Shown in pieces: positions 39,048 through 51,987 of a stretch of 64,000 nucleotides of DNA. Under the pieces are notes generated by a model, which was given only the letters and a program-made list of their open reading frames with translations, had not been told where the DNA came from and did no database searches. Within the stretch, counting starts at the first letter, position 1; each line of letters starts with the position of its first letter. A program made the translations under genes and the position numbers. Source of the stretch: Mobula hypostoma (taxonomy: Eukaryota); NCBI RefSeq assembly GCF_963921235.1, contig NC_086105.1, positions 90,644,001 to 90,708,000 of the forward strand. Direction: 5' to 3'.

Positions 39048-40498
39048 TCAGCAACTATGATGGGTTGGAGATGAAGGTTGTCAGTATAACAGAAAAACTG
39101 TTGGTACAATCTAACAAATGCTACATACGAGGCTACAGCACATGTAAGAGCCCTGAATTTGGGGAAATACATTGTATGTACTGTGGATTGGCTAACTAAC
39201 TCAAAACACTGTTGTGATAAATGAGTCATTTTTGGACTGATAACCAGTAGGATGCTGCAGGAGTCAGTGTTGGGCCCTCGAGTATTTATAATAATGTAAT
39301 CTACAGAGGGAGGAGCTGAGTGTACAGTAGCCATATTTGGTGATGACACAAAATAGATGGGTTAGTAAGTAGCATAACCATAAGACATAGGAGCAGAATT
39401 AGGCCATTTGGCCCATCAAGTCTGTTCCAGCATTTCATCATGGTTGATTCATTTCCCTCTCGACCCCATTCTCCTGAATTCTCCCCGTAACCTTTGACAC
39501 CCTTATTAATCAAGAACCTATCAATTACTGCTTTGAATATACCCAATGACTTGGCTTCCACAGGCAACTTTGGCAATGAATTCCACAGATTCACCACCCT
39601 CTGACTGAAGAAATTCCTCCTCATCTCTGTTCTAAATGGACATCCTTCTGTTCTCAGGCTGTCCTCCGGTCCTAGGCTCTCCCACTATCGGAAACAACCT
39701 CTCCACATCTGCCCTATAAAGGCTTTTCAGTATTCTGTAACTTTCAATAAGGCCTCTGCTCATTATTCTAAACTTCAGTGAGTACAATCAAACGCTCTTT
39801 ATGTTTAACCTTTCCCTCTCAGGATCATTCTCATAAACCTCCTGCAGACACTCTCCAATGCCAGCACATCCCTTTTTAGATAAAGGACCCAAAACTGCTG
39901 TCGGTACTGCAAATGTATCTGACTAGTGCATTATAAAGCCTCAATGGTACATCCTTGCTCTTATATTTAAGTCCTCTTGAAATGAATGCTGCCATTGCAT
40001 TTGCCTTCCTCACCACAGACTCAAACAGCAAGCTGCCTTAGGGAATCCTGCACTCGGACTCCCAAGTCACCTTGCACTTCTGAATTTCTGAACTTTCTTC
40101 CCATTTAGAAAATAGTCTGTGCTTTTAATCCTTTTACCTAAGTGCATGACCATACACTTCTCCACACTGTTCTCAATCAGCCACTTATTGGAGAGGATAT
40201 CTCCCAATAAGGATACCATATTTAGAAGGGGAATTTCTTCTCAGAGGGTCATGGCTCATTTGAATTGGCAGCCCAAAAGAGATGCTCAGGAATGCTGTGT
40301 TGAGTATATTCAAGACGAGAATGACAGATTAAGTATACAAAGAACACGAAGTGGTGGAGGTGTGGAGTCATACAGCAAAGAAACAGGTCTCTGGTTCCCT
40401 TGGCGACCGTGCCCAGGTTGTATTCAATCCTCTGCCTGTTTCTACGTTGACTGTCTCTCTGGCGAGGGTTGTCCTACGCACTGCTGGGGTGATTGGAA

Positions 40499-43400
40499 AC
40501 ACAAAATAATCTGCAGATGCTGGGCTCAGACTCACTCGCTTCCGACTCGGACCTCAGTTCTGGGGCCCTGCAGGCCACAGGCTCCGCCACCCCCAGCTCC
40601 AGATCCAGCTCGGACTGAAGTCCCGACCCTCTCCAGACCAGAACTGCTCTTACTGCCGCTGGGTCCTGCCGCTCATCTTACTCCCCCACTACCCTCTTTC
40701 CCCCCCGCGACTCCCAACCTTCCCTCTACCCCTCATCGCCCCTCCATTCCTCTGATCCCTCATTCACCCCTAACTCCGCTCTCCCTGAATATCCCAACAC
40801 CTCTCTCCCTCCTAAGACCTCCCACTCTTTACCCTCCTCTGACCCCAGCCCCAACCCTTGCCATGTCTTCACCATCCTCTCTGACCTTCCCCTCTCTAGG
40901 CAGAACGTTTTGTCTATAGCAAGGGCCTCACTTTTGTCCCCCTCCGTAAACACCTCAGTGAGTTCCGTGCCCGCCATGACGCTGAACTCTTCTTCCGTTG
41001 TCTACGTCTCCGAGCCTACTCCTTTGGCAAGGATTCCCCTCCCCCCACTGATGACCCCTTCTCCCGTCTTCAACCCTCCTCCTCCTGGACACCCCGCCCA
41101 GGCCTTCTACCTGCACTCGATCTTTTTATCTCCAACTGTCGCCGAGACACCAACCGTTTCAACTTCACCACTCCTCTCTCCTGTTCCAACCTCACTCCCT
41201 CTGAATGCACTGCCCTCCACTCTCTCCGCACTAATCCCAACCTCACCATCAAACCCGCTGACAAAGGTGGTGCCGTAGTAGTCTGGCGGTCGGACCTCTA
41301 CCTCACTGAGGCCAAACGGCAGCTCTCTGACACCTCCTCTTACTTACCCCTGGAACAGGACCCCACCAAAAAACATCAAACCATTGTCTCCCGCACCATC
41401 ACCGCCCTTATCAACTCCGGAGACCTTCCATCCTCAGCCACTAAACTCATAATTCCCACACCCCACACTGCTCGGTTTTACCTCCTCCCCAAGATCCACA
41501 AGTCTGACTGTCCCGGTAGACCCATAGTTTCTGCCGGCTCCTGCCCCACTGAACTTGTATCTGTCTACCTGGACTCCATTTTCTCACCCATAGTTCAGTC
41601 CCTCCCCACCTGCATCCGGGATACATCCCATGCACTCCACCTTTTCAATAACTTCCAGTTCCCCGGTCTCGACTGCTTCATTTTCACTATGGATGTCCAA
41701 TCCTTATACACTTCCATTCCCCATCAAGAAGGCCTCAAAGCCCTCCGCTACTTTCTGGACAATAGACCTCACCAGTTCCCCACCACCACTACCCTCCTCC
41801 AATCGGCGGAACTGGTACTCACACTTAATAACTTCTCTTTTGGCTCTTCCCACTTTCTTCAGACCAAGGGTGTAGCTATGGGCACTCGCATGGGCCCCAG
41901 CTATGGCTGCCTCTTCCAAGGTTATATGGAACAGTCTGTGCTCCAAACCTATACTGGTACTGCTCCCCAACTTTTCCTTCGCTACATTGACAACTACATT
42001 GGTGCTGCTTCCTGCACCCATGCTGAGCTCGTCAATTTCATCGACTTTACTACAAACTTCCACCCAGTTCTCAAATTCACTTGGTCTATCTCGGACACTT
42101 CTCTTCCCTTTCTCGATCTCTCGGTCTCCATCTCTGGAGACAGGCTGTCCACTGACATCTTCTATAAGCCCACTGACTCTCATAACTACCTCAACTATAC
42201 CTCTTCCCACCCTGCAACATGCAAAAATGCCATTCCCTATTCCTAGTTCCTCCATCTCTGCCGCATCTGCTCCCAGGACGAGGCTTTCTGTTCCAGGACA
42301 TCTCAAATGTCCTCTTTCTTTACGGATCGTGGTTTCCCTTCTGCTGTCATCAATGATGCCCTCACCCGCATCTCCTCCATTTAGAACATAGAACATAGAA
42401 TAGTACAGCACAGTACAGGCCCTTCGGCCCACAATGTTGTGCCGACTCTCAAACCCTGCCTCCCATATAAGCCCCCACCTTAGATTCCTCCATATACCTG
42501 TCTAGTAGTCTCTTAAACTTCACGAGTGTATCTGCCTCCACCACTGACTCAGGCAGTGCATTCCACGCACCAACCACTCTCTGAGTAAAAAACCTTCCTC
42601 TAATATCCCCCTTGAACTTCCCACCCCTTACCTTAAAGCCATGTCCTCTTGTACTGAGCAGTGGTGCCCTGGGGAAGAGGCGCTGGCTATCCACTCTATC
42701 TATTCCTCTTATTATCTTGTACACCTCTATCATGTCTCCTCTCATCCTCCTCCTCTCCAAAGAGTAAAGCCCTAGCTCCCTTAATCTCTGATCATAATGC
42801 ATACTTTCTAAACCAGGCAGCATCCTGGTAAATCTCCTCTGTACCCTTTCCAATGCTTCTACATCCTTCCTATAGTGAGATGACCAGAACTGGACACAAT
42901 ACTGGTCCGCACTTCGGCTCTCACCCCATCCTCCCGCCACCACAACAGGGACAGAGTTCCCCTTGTCCTCACCTACCACCCCACCAGCCTCCGGATCCAG
43001 CACATTATCCTCCGCAACTTCCGCCACCTTCAACAGGACCCCACCACTAAGCACATCTTTCCCTCTCCACCCCTCTCCGCTTTCCGCAGGGATCGGTTCC
43101 TCCGCGACTCCCTGGTCCACATGTCCCTCCCCACAGATCTCCCACTTGGCACTTATCCCTCTAAGCGCAAGTGCTACACCTGTCCCTAATACCTCCTCTT
43201 TTGCCACCATTCAGGGTCCCAAACAGTCCTTCCAGGTGAGGCAACACTTGTGAGTCTGTTGGGGTCATCTATTGCATCCGGTGCTCCCGGTGCGGCCTCC
43301 TCTACATCGGTGAAACCTGACGCAGATTGGGGGACCGCTTCGTCGAGCACTTCCGCTCCGTCCACCACAACAGACAGGATCTCCCAGTAGCCACCCACTT

Positions 43401-43905
43401 CAACTCTGCTTCCCACTCCCATTCAGATATGTCCATACATGGCCTCCTCTACTGCCGTGATGAGGCTAAACTCAGGTTGGAGGAGAAACACCTCATATAC
43501 TGTCTAGGTAGTCTCCAGCCCCTTGCTATGAATACTGAATTCTCCAACTTCCAGTAATTCCCTCCCCCTCCCGTTCCCCATCCCAGTTTCAATCTGCCCT
43601 CTCCCCCAGCTGCCTATCACCTCCCTCATGGTTCCGCCTGCTTCTACCCATTGTGCTTTCCCCTTTTCCTTCTTCACCTTTCCAGCCTATCCTGTCCCTG
43701 CCTCCCCTCCCCCACCACTTGATCTTTCCTCTCACTGGTTTTTCACCTGGAACCTACCAGCCTTCTCCTTCCCACCCTCCCCCCACCTTCTTTATAGGGC
43801 CTCTGCCCCTTCCCCCTTCAGTCCTGACAAAGGGTTCCAGCCCGAAACATTGACTGATCGTTTCCGCGGATGCTGCCTGACCTGCTGAGTTCCTCCAGTG
43901 TGTTG
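40499..43905 (+). mobile_element. Long Neptune-type PLE (RT plus GIY-YIG, disrupted); the inverted 5' piece is only the ~26-nt tail
   Basis: 14-bp TSD TGGGGTGATTGGAA (40485-40498 and 43906-43919); RT ORF 41689-42246; endonuclease at 43230-43557; hammerhead remnant at 43819-43856. Confidence 0.92.
42382..42905 (-). mobile_element. Young CR1 (HER1-like) 3' fragment nested in the PLE
   Basis: YCVQFWSSHYRKDVEALERVQRRFTRMLPG...; (TTCTATG)n tail; nearly identical to 51988-52500. Confidence 0.9.
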
Positions 43906-44774
43906 TGGGGTGATTGGAATGAAGGGCAGGAATGCTGGGCTGAGCGCTCGAATCAGAGGTGATTCGCAAGATAAAAAAGAATCTTTGAGGGCTTGACAGG
44001 GTAGAAACAGTTGATGTTTCCCTTTGCTGGGTTGTCTAGAGCTAGGGGCTATGGTCTCAAAATAAAGGCCATTTGGGACCACTGAGTTCTTCAACTCTGG
44101 GTTTTAATCTTTGGAATTCTTTACCCAACAAGTCTCATGAGTTTCAAGATAGAAATCAATTGATATTTGTGATTTAAGGGAATGGAGGGGTATGGAGTTA
44201 GCTTATCTTTTACCTTCTATGATATCACTGACTGATGGAGCAGGCAGAGTAGCTGAATGATCTGATCCTACTTCTGTTTATTATACTTTATTGTCGCCAA
44301 ATAATTGGTACTAGAATGTACAATCATCACAGCGATATTTGATTCTGCTCTTCCCACTCCTAGATTACAAATATTAAATATTAAAAATAGGAAAAAATTA
44401 GTAAATATTATAAATTTAAATTATAAATCATAAATAGAAAATAGAAAATTGGAAAGTAAAGTAGTGCAAAAATACCGAGAGGCAGGTCCGGATATTTGGA
44501 GGGTACGGCCCGGATCCGGGTCAGGATCCGTTCAGCAGTCTTATCACAGTTGGAAGGAAGTTGTTCCCAAATCTGGCCGTACGAGTCTTCAATTATACTT
44601 TTCGATACATATTGGTGGGAGCCATCATTCATGAGTAAGCAATTCTGCACGTACTTGGTTCAACTTTTGTTTCTGACAGGCAGCTAGGATGCTAATGAAG
44701 GTGGCCATGCCAGTGACGTTTACATCTGGAAACTTATTAATGAGAAGAAAAAAACCTTGGTTAGCAAGTTTAAA

Positions 44775-45480
44775 TTTTAAAATACATTTCTGTCACCACA
44801 TAAAACCCTGAGATTAATTTTCTTGTGGGCATTCACAGTAAATACAAGAAACACAATAGAATCGTTGAAAGACCGCATCCAACAAGACAGGCAAACAACC
44901 AACGTGCAATAGACAACAAACTGCAAATACAAAAAGAAAGAATGTAAAAGAAATAATAATAATAAACAAATAAGCAATAAATATCAAGAACATGAGGTGA
45001 AGTGTCCTTGGTTGTGGGAACAGTTCAGTGATGAGCGAGCGAAGTTATCCCCTCTGGTTCAAGAGCTTGAAGGTTGAACGATAATAGCTGTTCTTAAACC
45101 TGGGGTGTGGGTGTGGGTGAGGCTGCTGTACCTTCTTCCTGATGGCAGCAGCAAGAACAGAACAGAGCCTGGGTGGTGGGGATCCCTGACGATGGATACT
45201 GCTTTCCTGTGACAATGCACCGTGTAGATGTGCTCAATGGTGGAGAGGTGGTCTGGGATGCATCCAGTAGTTTTGGTAGGCATTTCTGTTTAAGGGCATT
45301 GGTATTTCCATAAAGGGCATGATGCGACCAGTCAATATCCTCTCCACCACACATAGGTTTGTCGAAATTTTAGTTGACATGCCAAATCTTTGCAAACTTC
45401 CAAGAGTGTAAAGATGCTGCTGTACTTTCTTTGTAATGGCATTTTTGTGCTGGACCCAGGACAGATCCTCTGAATGATAA
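44775..45480 (-). mobile_element. Rex1 3' fragment
   Basis: HCHRKAVSIVRDPHHPG..LFLLLPSGRRY; Rex1-type 3'UTR. Confidence 0.7.
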
Positions 45481-46267
45481 CATTCTCTTATTCCTCCAAG
45501 ATTTGGTTAACATTTGGAGGGATAAGAGACAATCCAATAGCTAGCTCAGATTTAGTAAAGATAAGCATTTGCCACATTTAATTTTTTTATTGTTTGGAGT
45601 CAAACTTAAATGGGTCTTTTGTGAAGGGCTGTTCAGTAAGCTAATTCCTACAGTAGTGTATGGCAGGTAACTGCTATGGTAAAGTAGGTTTGTTATTGAA
45701 AGAGAGATTTTGCATTTATGTCATGTTTTTCATAAATTTGGCGTGTGCCTGACACTTCACTGCAAATGAGGCATGACTGACTGTAGTTATATGCAATGTT
45801 GAAAACAGAACCAGACTTCCTCCACAAATGGAAATGTTATAATGACCAGAAGACCTGTTTTAGTGATAGTTGAGGGAGAGGAATTGTGAATGATATTTGG
45901 TTGATCTCCTTTGCCCTGCTCCTAAGTCATCAGTACTGTACTGGATTTTGGCAGTAGAATCTCTGGAGTAGATCTTAAATCTAGATGTTCTAACTTTTGA
46001 ACTGAGTTTGCTACTCAGTGAATAAAGATTATGTTGTTTTTTGATTTGGACATGGGGAAACTCAGAAAAAGGGTTTCCTTAACCATTCTTTGTTACCTGT
46101 CTAGAATTTCCATATCTTTACCTGCAGGATATTGACATCTTTTACTGTCATTATCTGCAGGATATTGACATCTTTTCCTAGGTTTTTGGTGGTTTTGGGG
46201 AATGGCAGGATTTATTTTTCCTATTCTACTGCTCTCTTACTGTTTTGCTCTTCATGGTAGTTTTGAG

Positions 46268-46600
46268 GTGGCATGGTAGAGAAGCAATGAGCGCAATCGC
46301 TTTATGACACCAGTCACCAGCGATCAGGGTTTAATTCCTGCTGCTGTCTGTAAAGAGCTTGTACATTCTCCTTGTAACCCTGCATGGGTTTCCTCCAGGT
46401 GCTGTTGTTTTCTCCTGTGTTCCAGAGATGTATGGTTAGTGTTAGTGAGATGTGGGCATGCTGTGTTAATGCTGGTAGCATGACAACACTTGCTGGCTGG
46501 CCCCTGCACATCTTCAGAGAGTGTTGGGCATTAAAGCAAAGCAATGCATTTCACTGTACGTTTTGATGTTTCGCTGTACCTGTGACAAATAAAGTTCAGC
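46268..46600 (+). mobile_element. V-SINE-like SINE
   Basis: tRNA-like head (GGTGGCATGGTAG...GGGTTTAATTCC), V-domain-like body, Rex1-like tail. Confidence 0.65.
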
Positions 46601-48122
46601 TTTATCTTTGCTTTCTCTTTAACTATACCAGAAATTGCGAACACACTTGACCCAATGGGGCCGAAATAAATAGGAAGCAGTTGATTTTGTGGTGAGTTTT
46701 GCAGCAGCACAGAAGGCACTGATACTGCTCCAACACCCCAGGTCGCCGGGTGGGAGGGTGTTGGGGGGGGTAGTGTTTCCTGTGCGTCTCAATGTGGTTA
46801 GTTCAGTACGTGCAGGGAGGTGAGTGACTGGAACTCAAAAACCTGCCTGATTGATATTGGAACAGTCAAGAAGTGTGAAGCAGCAGACCCAGAAACAGTC
46901 CTATTTGCTCAGTAACGTGCTGCAGCAGTCTGCATGAAAAAGTGTACAGACAGAGTGTATGCACACATAGTTATCGAGGATGTGGTCATTTACTGCAAAG
47001 TTTTTATGCAGGAGTAGCAGCGTGAGCTTAGCTGTGACACGTCTCATTTCATACATCACTCAGGACCTGCTCTTACTCATCCTCTGATTTCATTTCAAAT
47101 GGTTTCCTCATTTATTTTGTCGCACCTTTTCTACTCCTTGTCAAGAAAGTAAGAGTCTTTAAATCTCTCTCTTTCCTTGCTTTGACTCTTTAATCCACAG
47201 GTACGTATTTCACAATTTGGCTTTTAGAAGGTGTGTGACAGGAAAACAAAGAAAAATCTAATTCCCATTTCAGCCCTCCCCTCTCCAGCCAGATAGGTAA
47301 CTTTGATGAAGTCTTACTCATTCCTTTTAATGGGTGAAGTCTGTTGGTTAGTGCTCCTCGGGTTCTGTGGATCGAGCGCAAATCTTTTCTGGTTGAGAAT
47401 TGCAGGCAGAGAGGCAATGGCCTGGATGGTTGAGCACAACCCCTGCTGCAGTGCAACTTAACAGCCGGTTTCCAAAAGGCAGTTGTGGGCTTTGTATCCT
47501 GTGATCTGAGCTATATTTACCCAGGAGTGAAAATCAGCACAAGAGGTTGTCTGGTTGTCTGTTGCTCTTTCTGGGAAGGTGCTTTCTGTGTGCAAACTAA
47601 TTCCTGTTTCCTACTTTACAGTTGACTACTTCAAAAATAAACTGAGATATTCTAAGTGCTTTACAGTTAGAGTCTGTGAAAGGTGCAACTTGCAGTTGAG
47701 TCTTTTAGCTACGTTTGGGTTGAGGGCTGGTTTGCCATCTGTATCGCAAGGGAGTGATGTTTGATATATTAGCATTTCCCACTCTCCTTTCACTCCCTCC
47801 CTCCTACTCAAGTTGACTCAACTGGGCTTTGGTCACACAGCAGTGTCCACAGTGACTGGGATATGTCCCTGTTACTTTCAGCTTTCTCACCTACCATTCC
47901 TCAAATGGACAAGGCGCTGATTAAACAGAATTAAACAGCTTTTCTGGAGATAATGTTGCCACCAAGGCCAATAAAAAACACTACTGACCCATCTGTGTTC
48001 AGTTCCTCAAACCTGGAGCCTCCTTGCTGTGGCTACATATGATGCAGCTTCATAATGGAGGATGCTGACTAGGATGAGTAGGATGACTTGGTTGTTTCTG
48101 AAAACAGTTTCTAAGCAATAGA

Positions 48123-48344
48123 CAAACAAGTGAAAATCTGCAGATGCTGGAAATCTAAGCAAACACAAAACGCTGAAGGAACTCAGCAGGCCAGGCAACA
48201 TCTATGGAAAAGTACATTCGACATTTCAGGCCGAGACCCTTCATCAGGACTGCCGAAGAGTTTCAGCCTGAGACGTCAACTGTTTACTCTTTTCCATAGA
48301 TGCTGCCTGGCCTGCTGAGTTCCTCCAGCATTTTGTGTGAGTTG
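48123..48344. mobile_element. PLE-derived fold-back mini-element with hammerhead (minus strand, 48218-48252)
   Basis: 14-bp TSD TTCTAAGCAATAGA / TTCTAAACAATAGA (48109-48122 and 48345-48358); the arms meet at the hammerhead 5' edge. Confidence 0.85.
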
Positions 48345-48546
48345 TTCTAAACAATAGAACAGTTGTTGGGCTTGGTTCAGCATGATTTCTACAACACAGA
48401 CTATCTCAGTGTTGCTCTATTTCTTAAATTGTGGTGAATGTAAGATTTTTCTTTTACTGATGAAATATAAGAATAACAGTTTGCAAATTTTTGCTTGCCT
48501 TACTCCTACAGTGCATTTTCAAACTGTTTTGGGTGTTGACAGTGTA

Positions 48547-48582
48547 ATGACGGCTAACTTTAAAGGACACAAAGCATTAAAG
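48547..48582 (+). CDS. MAFK: Small Maf first coding exon (MTANFKGHKALK); exon probably 48512-48582
   Basis: 12-codon exon ending AAG|gtaagc, the same layout as vertebrate small Mafs (MAFK MTTNPKPNKALK); acceptor tcctacag ends at 48511. Confidence 0.85.
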
Positions 48583-50167
48583 GTAAGCAGAATTTTTAAT
48601 TTTGTGTATATTGGTTTACACTATTTTATAGTACCAGTTTTCAGTTTCTTCTAGTAAATGGTAGAGAGGTTTGTGTGTGTGTAAAACACTTTTTAAACTT
48701 TTCAATCCAGCAATGCGTGCTTCATTATTTAGCGCAGAACAGTATTTGTCTCCACCAACACAGGCACACTGGCTGCATTGTATGCCATCATCCAGGTAGC
48801 GGTGTAGCTAAAGGCTTCAGTTACAAATAGAATGGACAAGGACACAGCAGGTGAAACGTGGAAAAATATGAGATGAATCACTTCAGTTGTGGAAATAGAA
48901 AAGCAGGGAATATTTTTTAAATAATAAGAGATTAAGTGATAAGAGATTAAATGCTGCTAGTCAGAGGGACTTGAAAATCTACTGTATGTACAAATTAACA
49001 TGTAGAAATAGCAATCAATCAGGAAGGCATGCAGTACACTGGGCTTTATTGCAAGAGGATTTAATTACAAGTGTAGTAATGCCTTGTTCTGATTAAATAG
49101 GGCCTTATTAAATGTGTCCAGCTTGTTTTCCCAAACTAAGGAAACAATCAAAGTGACAGAAGAAGTTAAACTGATCTTATTAGCTAGAAGATCAGGTCTG
49201 AGCATCTGTAACATTGAATCAGGTTTGCGGGTCTGGCAAGTTAGACAGCAAACACTAACTTCGAATAACTATATTAATCATTTGTTTACAAACAGCAAAA
49301 ATTCGACCAAGTTTCATGTTCCCCAAGTTACAGAAACTACAAAGCTGAATGTTCAACAGACATGCATTCACCAAACATACTTAGTTAAAAGCATGGGCAG
49401 AGCATACCTTCCCAATGGTCATGTACACTGCTTGCCTTAAACTAAGGAAAAGAGAGCAGGCCCGTTCCATGTGCTATTTTATACCTGGGATATTTGGAAC
49501 TGGATACCAGGTAACTAACCAATAGGAAAAGTAGCTGCAGTTCCTAAACTAACCAGTCATGACAAGGGAACTTTCGACAGGCAGAAAAAGCCACCATCAA
49601 CACCCTCCCCTCCACAGGACACTCCACCCTTCGAACGTGATGATCCAACCCTCAAACTAGTATGACTCCCACAAACTCCCTTAGTTATATATAAAACAAA
49701 GAAGTACAATACCCAGTACTGTAAGCCAAATAGTCACCTCCCAGTGTATTACAGTAGTTCCCCAGCCTCCCTGTGCTCTGAAAGACCACCAACCCCACCC
49801 CAGAGTGTAATTGCAAATGAGCTGGTCCCCCCACTTAATCTGAAACACTGACTGTCAGATATGACCAAGCAGGTGAGTGATGTTACCCAACCTGTCAAGA
49901 ATGTAGGGGCAGTATTCTTGACTAATAACAGTACAGGTGCCACCTTCCTTTGTGAGCAGGCATTCAAAGGACATCGAAATCAGTTCCCGGACAGTCTGGC
50001 CATACCATGCGGAGAAAGACTATCATTCAAAACCTTCCTTCCTTTGTAATAGCCCTCTAGTACAGCATAACAAGCACACCACTCTGTAGGAACCTCGGGT
50101 AGGCCTAGGAACTGCATATCCAGTAAATGCCATTCGGTGTCCAACAAGCTCCCACCTTCACAACACC

Positions 50168-50390
50168 GCAAACACAAGGAATTCTGCAGATGCTGGAAAT
50201 TCAAGCAACACACATAAAAGTTGCTGGTGAACGCAGTAGGTCAGGCAGCGTCTCTAGGAAGAGGTACAGTCGACGTTTCAGTCCGAGACCCTTTGTCCTG
50301 ACGAAGGGTCTCAGCCTGAAACATCGACTGTACCTTTTCCTAGAGACGCTGCCTGACCTGATGCATTCACCAGCAACTTTGATGTGTGTT
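50168..50390. mobile_element. Young PLE-derived near-perfect palindrome centred on a hammerhead (core 50295-50330)
   Basis: 14-bp perfect TSD ACCTTCACAACACC (50154-50167 and 50391-50404); ~90-bp arms; same subfamily as the PLE at 1-2857. Confidence 0.92.
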
Positions 50391-51987
50391 ACCTTCACAA
50401 CACCAATTGGCATAAACACAGCCATCCCTAGATATTGTTCCTGCTCACATTTGCTCACCTTGTACCTTGTACCTGTATTCAACATACCACCTACACCAAC
50501 ACTCTGTCAGGTGAGGAAGTTACTTTAAAGAGTCAGGACTTCCAATTAAACAAATGGTACATAGGGAACTACCAGCCCTTAAAACACTCACTCCACTAGG
50601 GCTATCAAGGCTCAAGTCATCTAAAGCTGTAACCATGCTCTGGGTTGGGTTGGCTGTAAAAAGACCATTCCTTCCCTGCTCCCCCAAAATAGGATGTCAA
50701 AACCTGAGAAGCCAGATAATTTCCTCCAAAAGCCTCTTTCTTTGTCAAAGGGATCGACATCAGTGAAATCCCTTCTGTGCTGTAGTAAGGAGTCCTCATA
50801 CAAATTCAGTAATCTGACCCATTGGTCTGATGTGCAAATTCAAACGCCATCCCCAGGAATGTGTCACAGGATCTCTTACCACAAATTAGCATCCACCACT
50901 TTGTCATTCTGTAATGCAGAGAGATACAAATGCACTTGCTCTCAATTAGTATTTAGAAAACACAAAAACAACAGAACTGTGCAAATTTCTCTCCAAATGC
51001 TCAATTCACTCTAAAATGTGAGCATCTCATATTCGGAACAAAGTTGCCTAAATTTCTACCCTATCAACTCAAATTTCATATGGCCAGTATGAAATGTGAG
51101 TCAATCCTAAAACCAATTGCATGGGGAACCAAGTAACAAGGTAGCAGATTAAGACAATAGACACATAACAGATTTTTTAAAAAAACAAGAAACAAATTAA
51201 CTGACTAAAAAAACTCAAGACAAAGTAACAGATTAGCACACAAAACCGAGGCTGTACTCCTCTTCTTTAAAACTTCGTTTGGAACTGCAAAAACTTAAAA
51301 TGGACAGTTAATTTCTCACAGAGAAATAGCACATTTACCAAAGAACAACTGAGAAGAAAAGAAAGCAACTTGGTGGGGCCCAACACGTTCACAGAGTCTG
51401 TTAAATGCAAAGTCCTCGTGCACACATACACATGCACAAGCAAACTGACAAGTGTGGCCATACCTCATATATTTCTCCACATTCAAATCATTCACACTCT
51501 ATTTACAGGGAAGAGGGATGCAAGTGGAATGACCCTCCCACCCTATGAAAATGAGGCGTGAATGTGCCACCCCGATTCCCACAGCTACCAAATGTTAGCT
51601 GATATCCCTTGCAGGGAATCCTGAATGAAATGCGATGAATCTGGTAGAGGACAAAATGAGCCCTTGTTGCGAGAGGACTTGAAGAATGACTCTACCCCTC
51701 ACCCCATACCATTCTTGCATCCCTGGACAGAACTTCCTCCACATTGCATAGAGGGTGGGGTGGAAACTCCATTCAATGCTCTCCTGGGACCCCAGCTTTG
51801 AGCAATGCTAAAAACATATGTGGGATCCTCCACTCCCCATCTGCTTATCTAACTTCTGTACCTGGCTACACATACCCTCTTCTACATGCTCTAAACATTG
51901 TAATTAAAAAAAAACAGTTGATTGAGGTACAGCATGGAACAGGCCCTTCTGGCTGTTCGAGCAGTACTGCCCAGCAATCACCCAGTT

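Larger units (their letters stand above)
35168..40186. repeat. Local inverted duplication: arms 35168-36286 and 39048-40186, spacer ~2.8 kb
   Basis: Both arms contain the same composite of two CR1 fragments with the same junctions (e.g. GTCTTATGGTTATGCTACTTACTAACCCATC). The mirror ORFs 35985-36404(+) and 39041-39349(-) translate almost identically. Confidence 0.9.

Noticed and set aside
40119-40919. 266-aa proline-rich ORF
   Set aside because: It spans CR1 antisense, unique DNA and the C-rich PLE linker; a low-complexity artefact.
41704-43210. Long minus-strand ORFs (242 aa and 253 aa)
   Set aside because: Antisense of the PLE RT, partly fused to the nested CR1 fragment.
46122-46176. 22-bp direct repeat CTGCAGGATATTGACATCTTTT
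   Set aside because: Only two copies with an 11-bp spacer; a micro-duplication, not an array or CRISPR.
50168-50390. DNA-transposon MITE or pre-miRNA interpretation of the palindrome
   Set aside because: The arms match the PLE 3' end at 2761-2857, the termini are asymmetric and the TSD is 14 bp.
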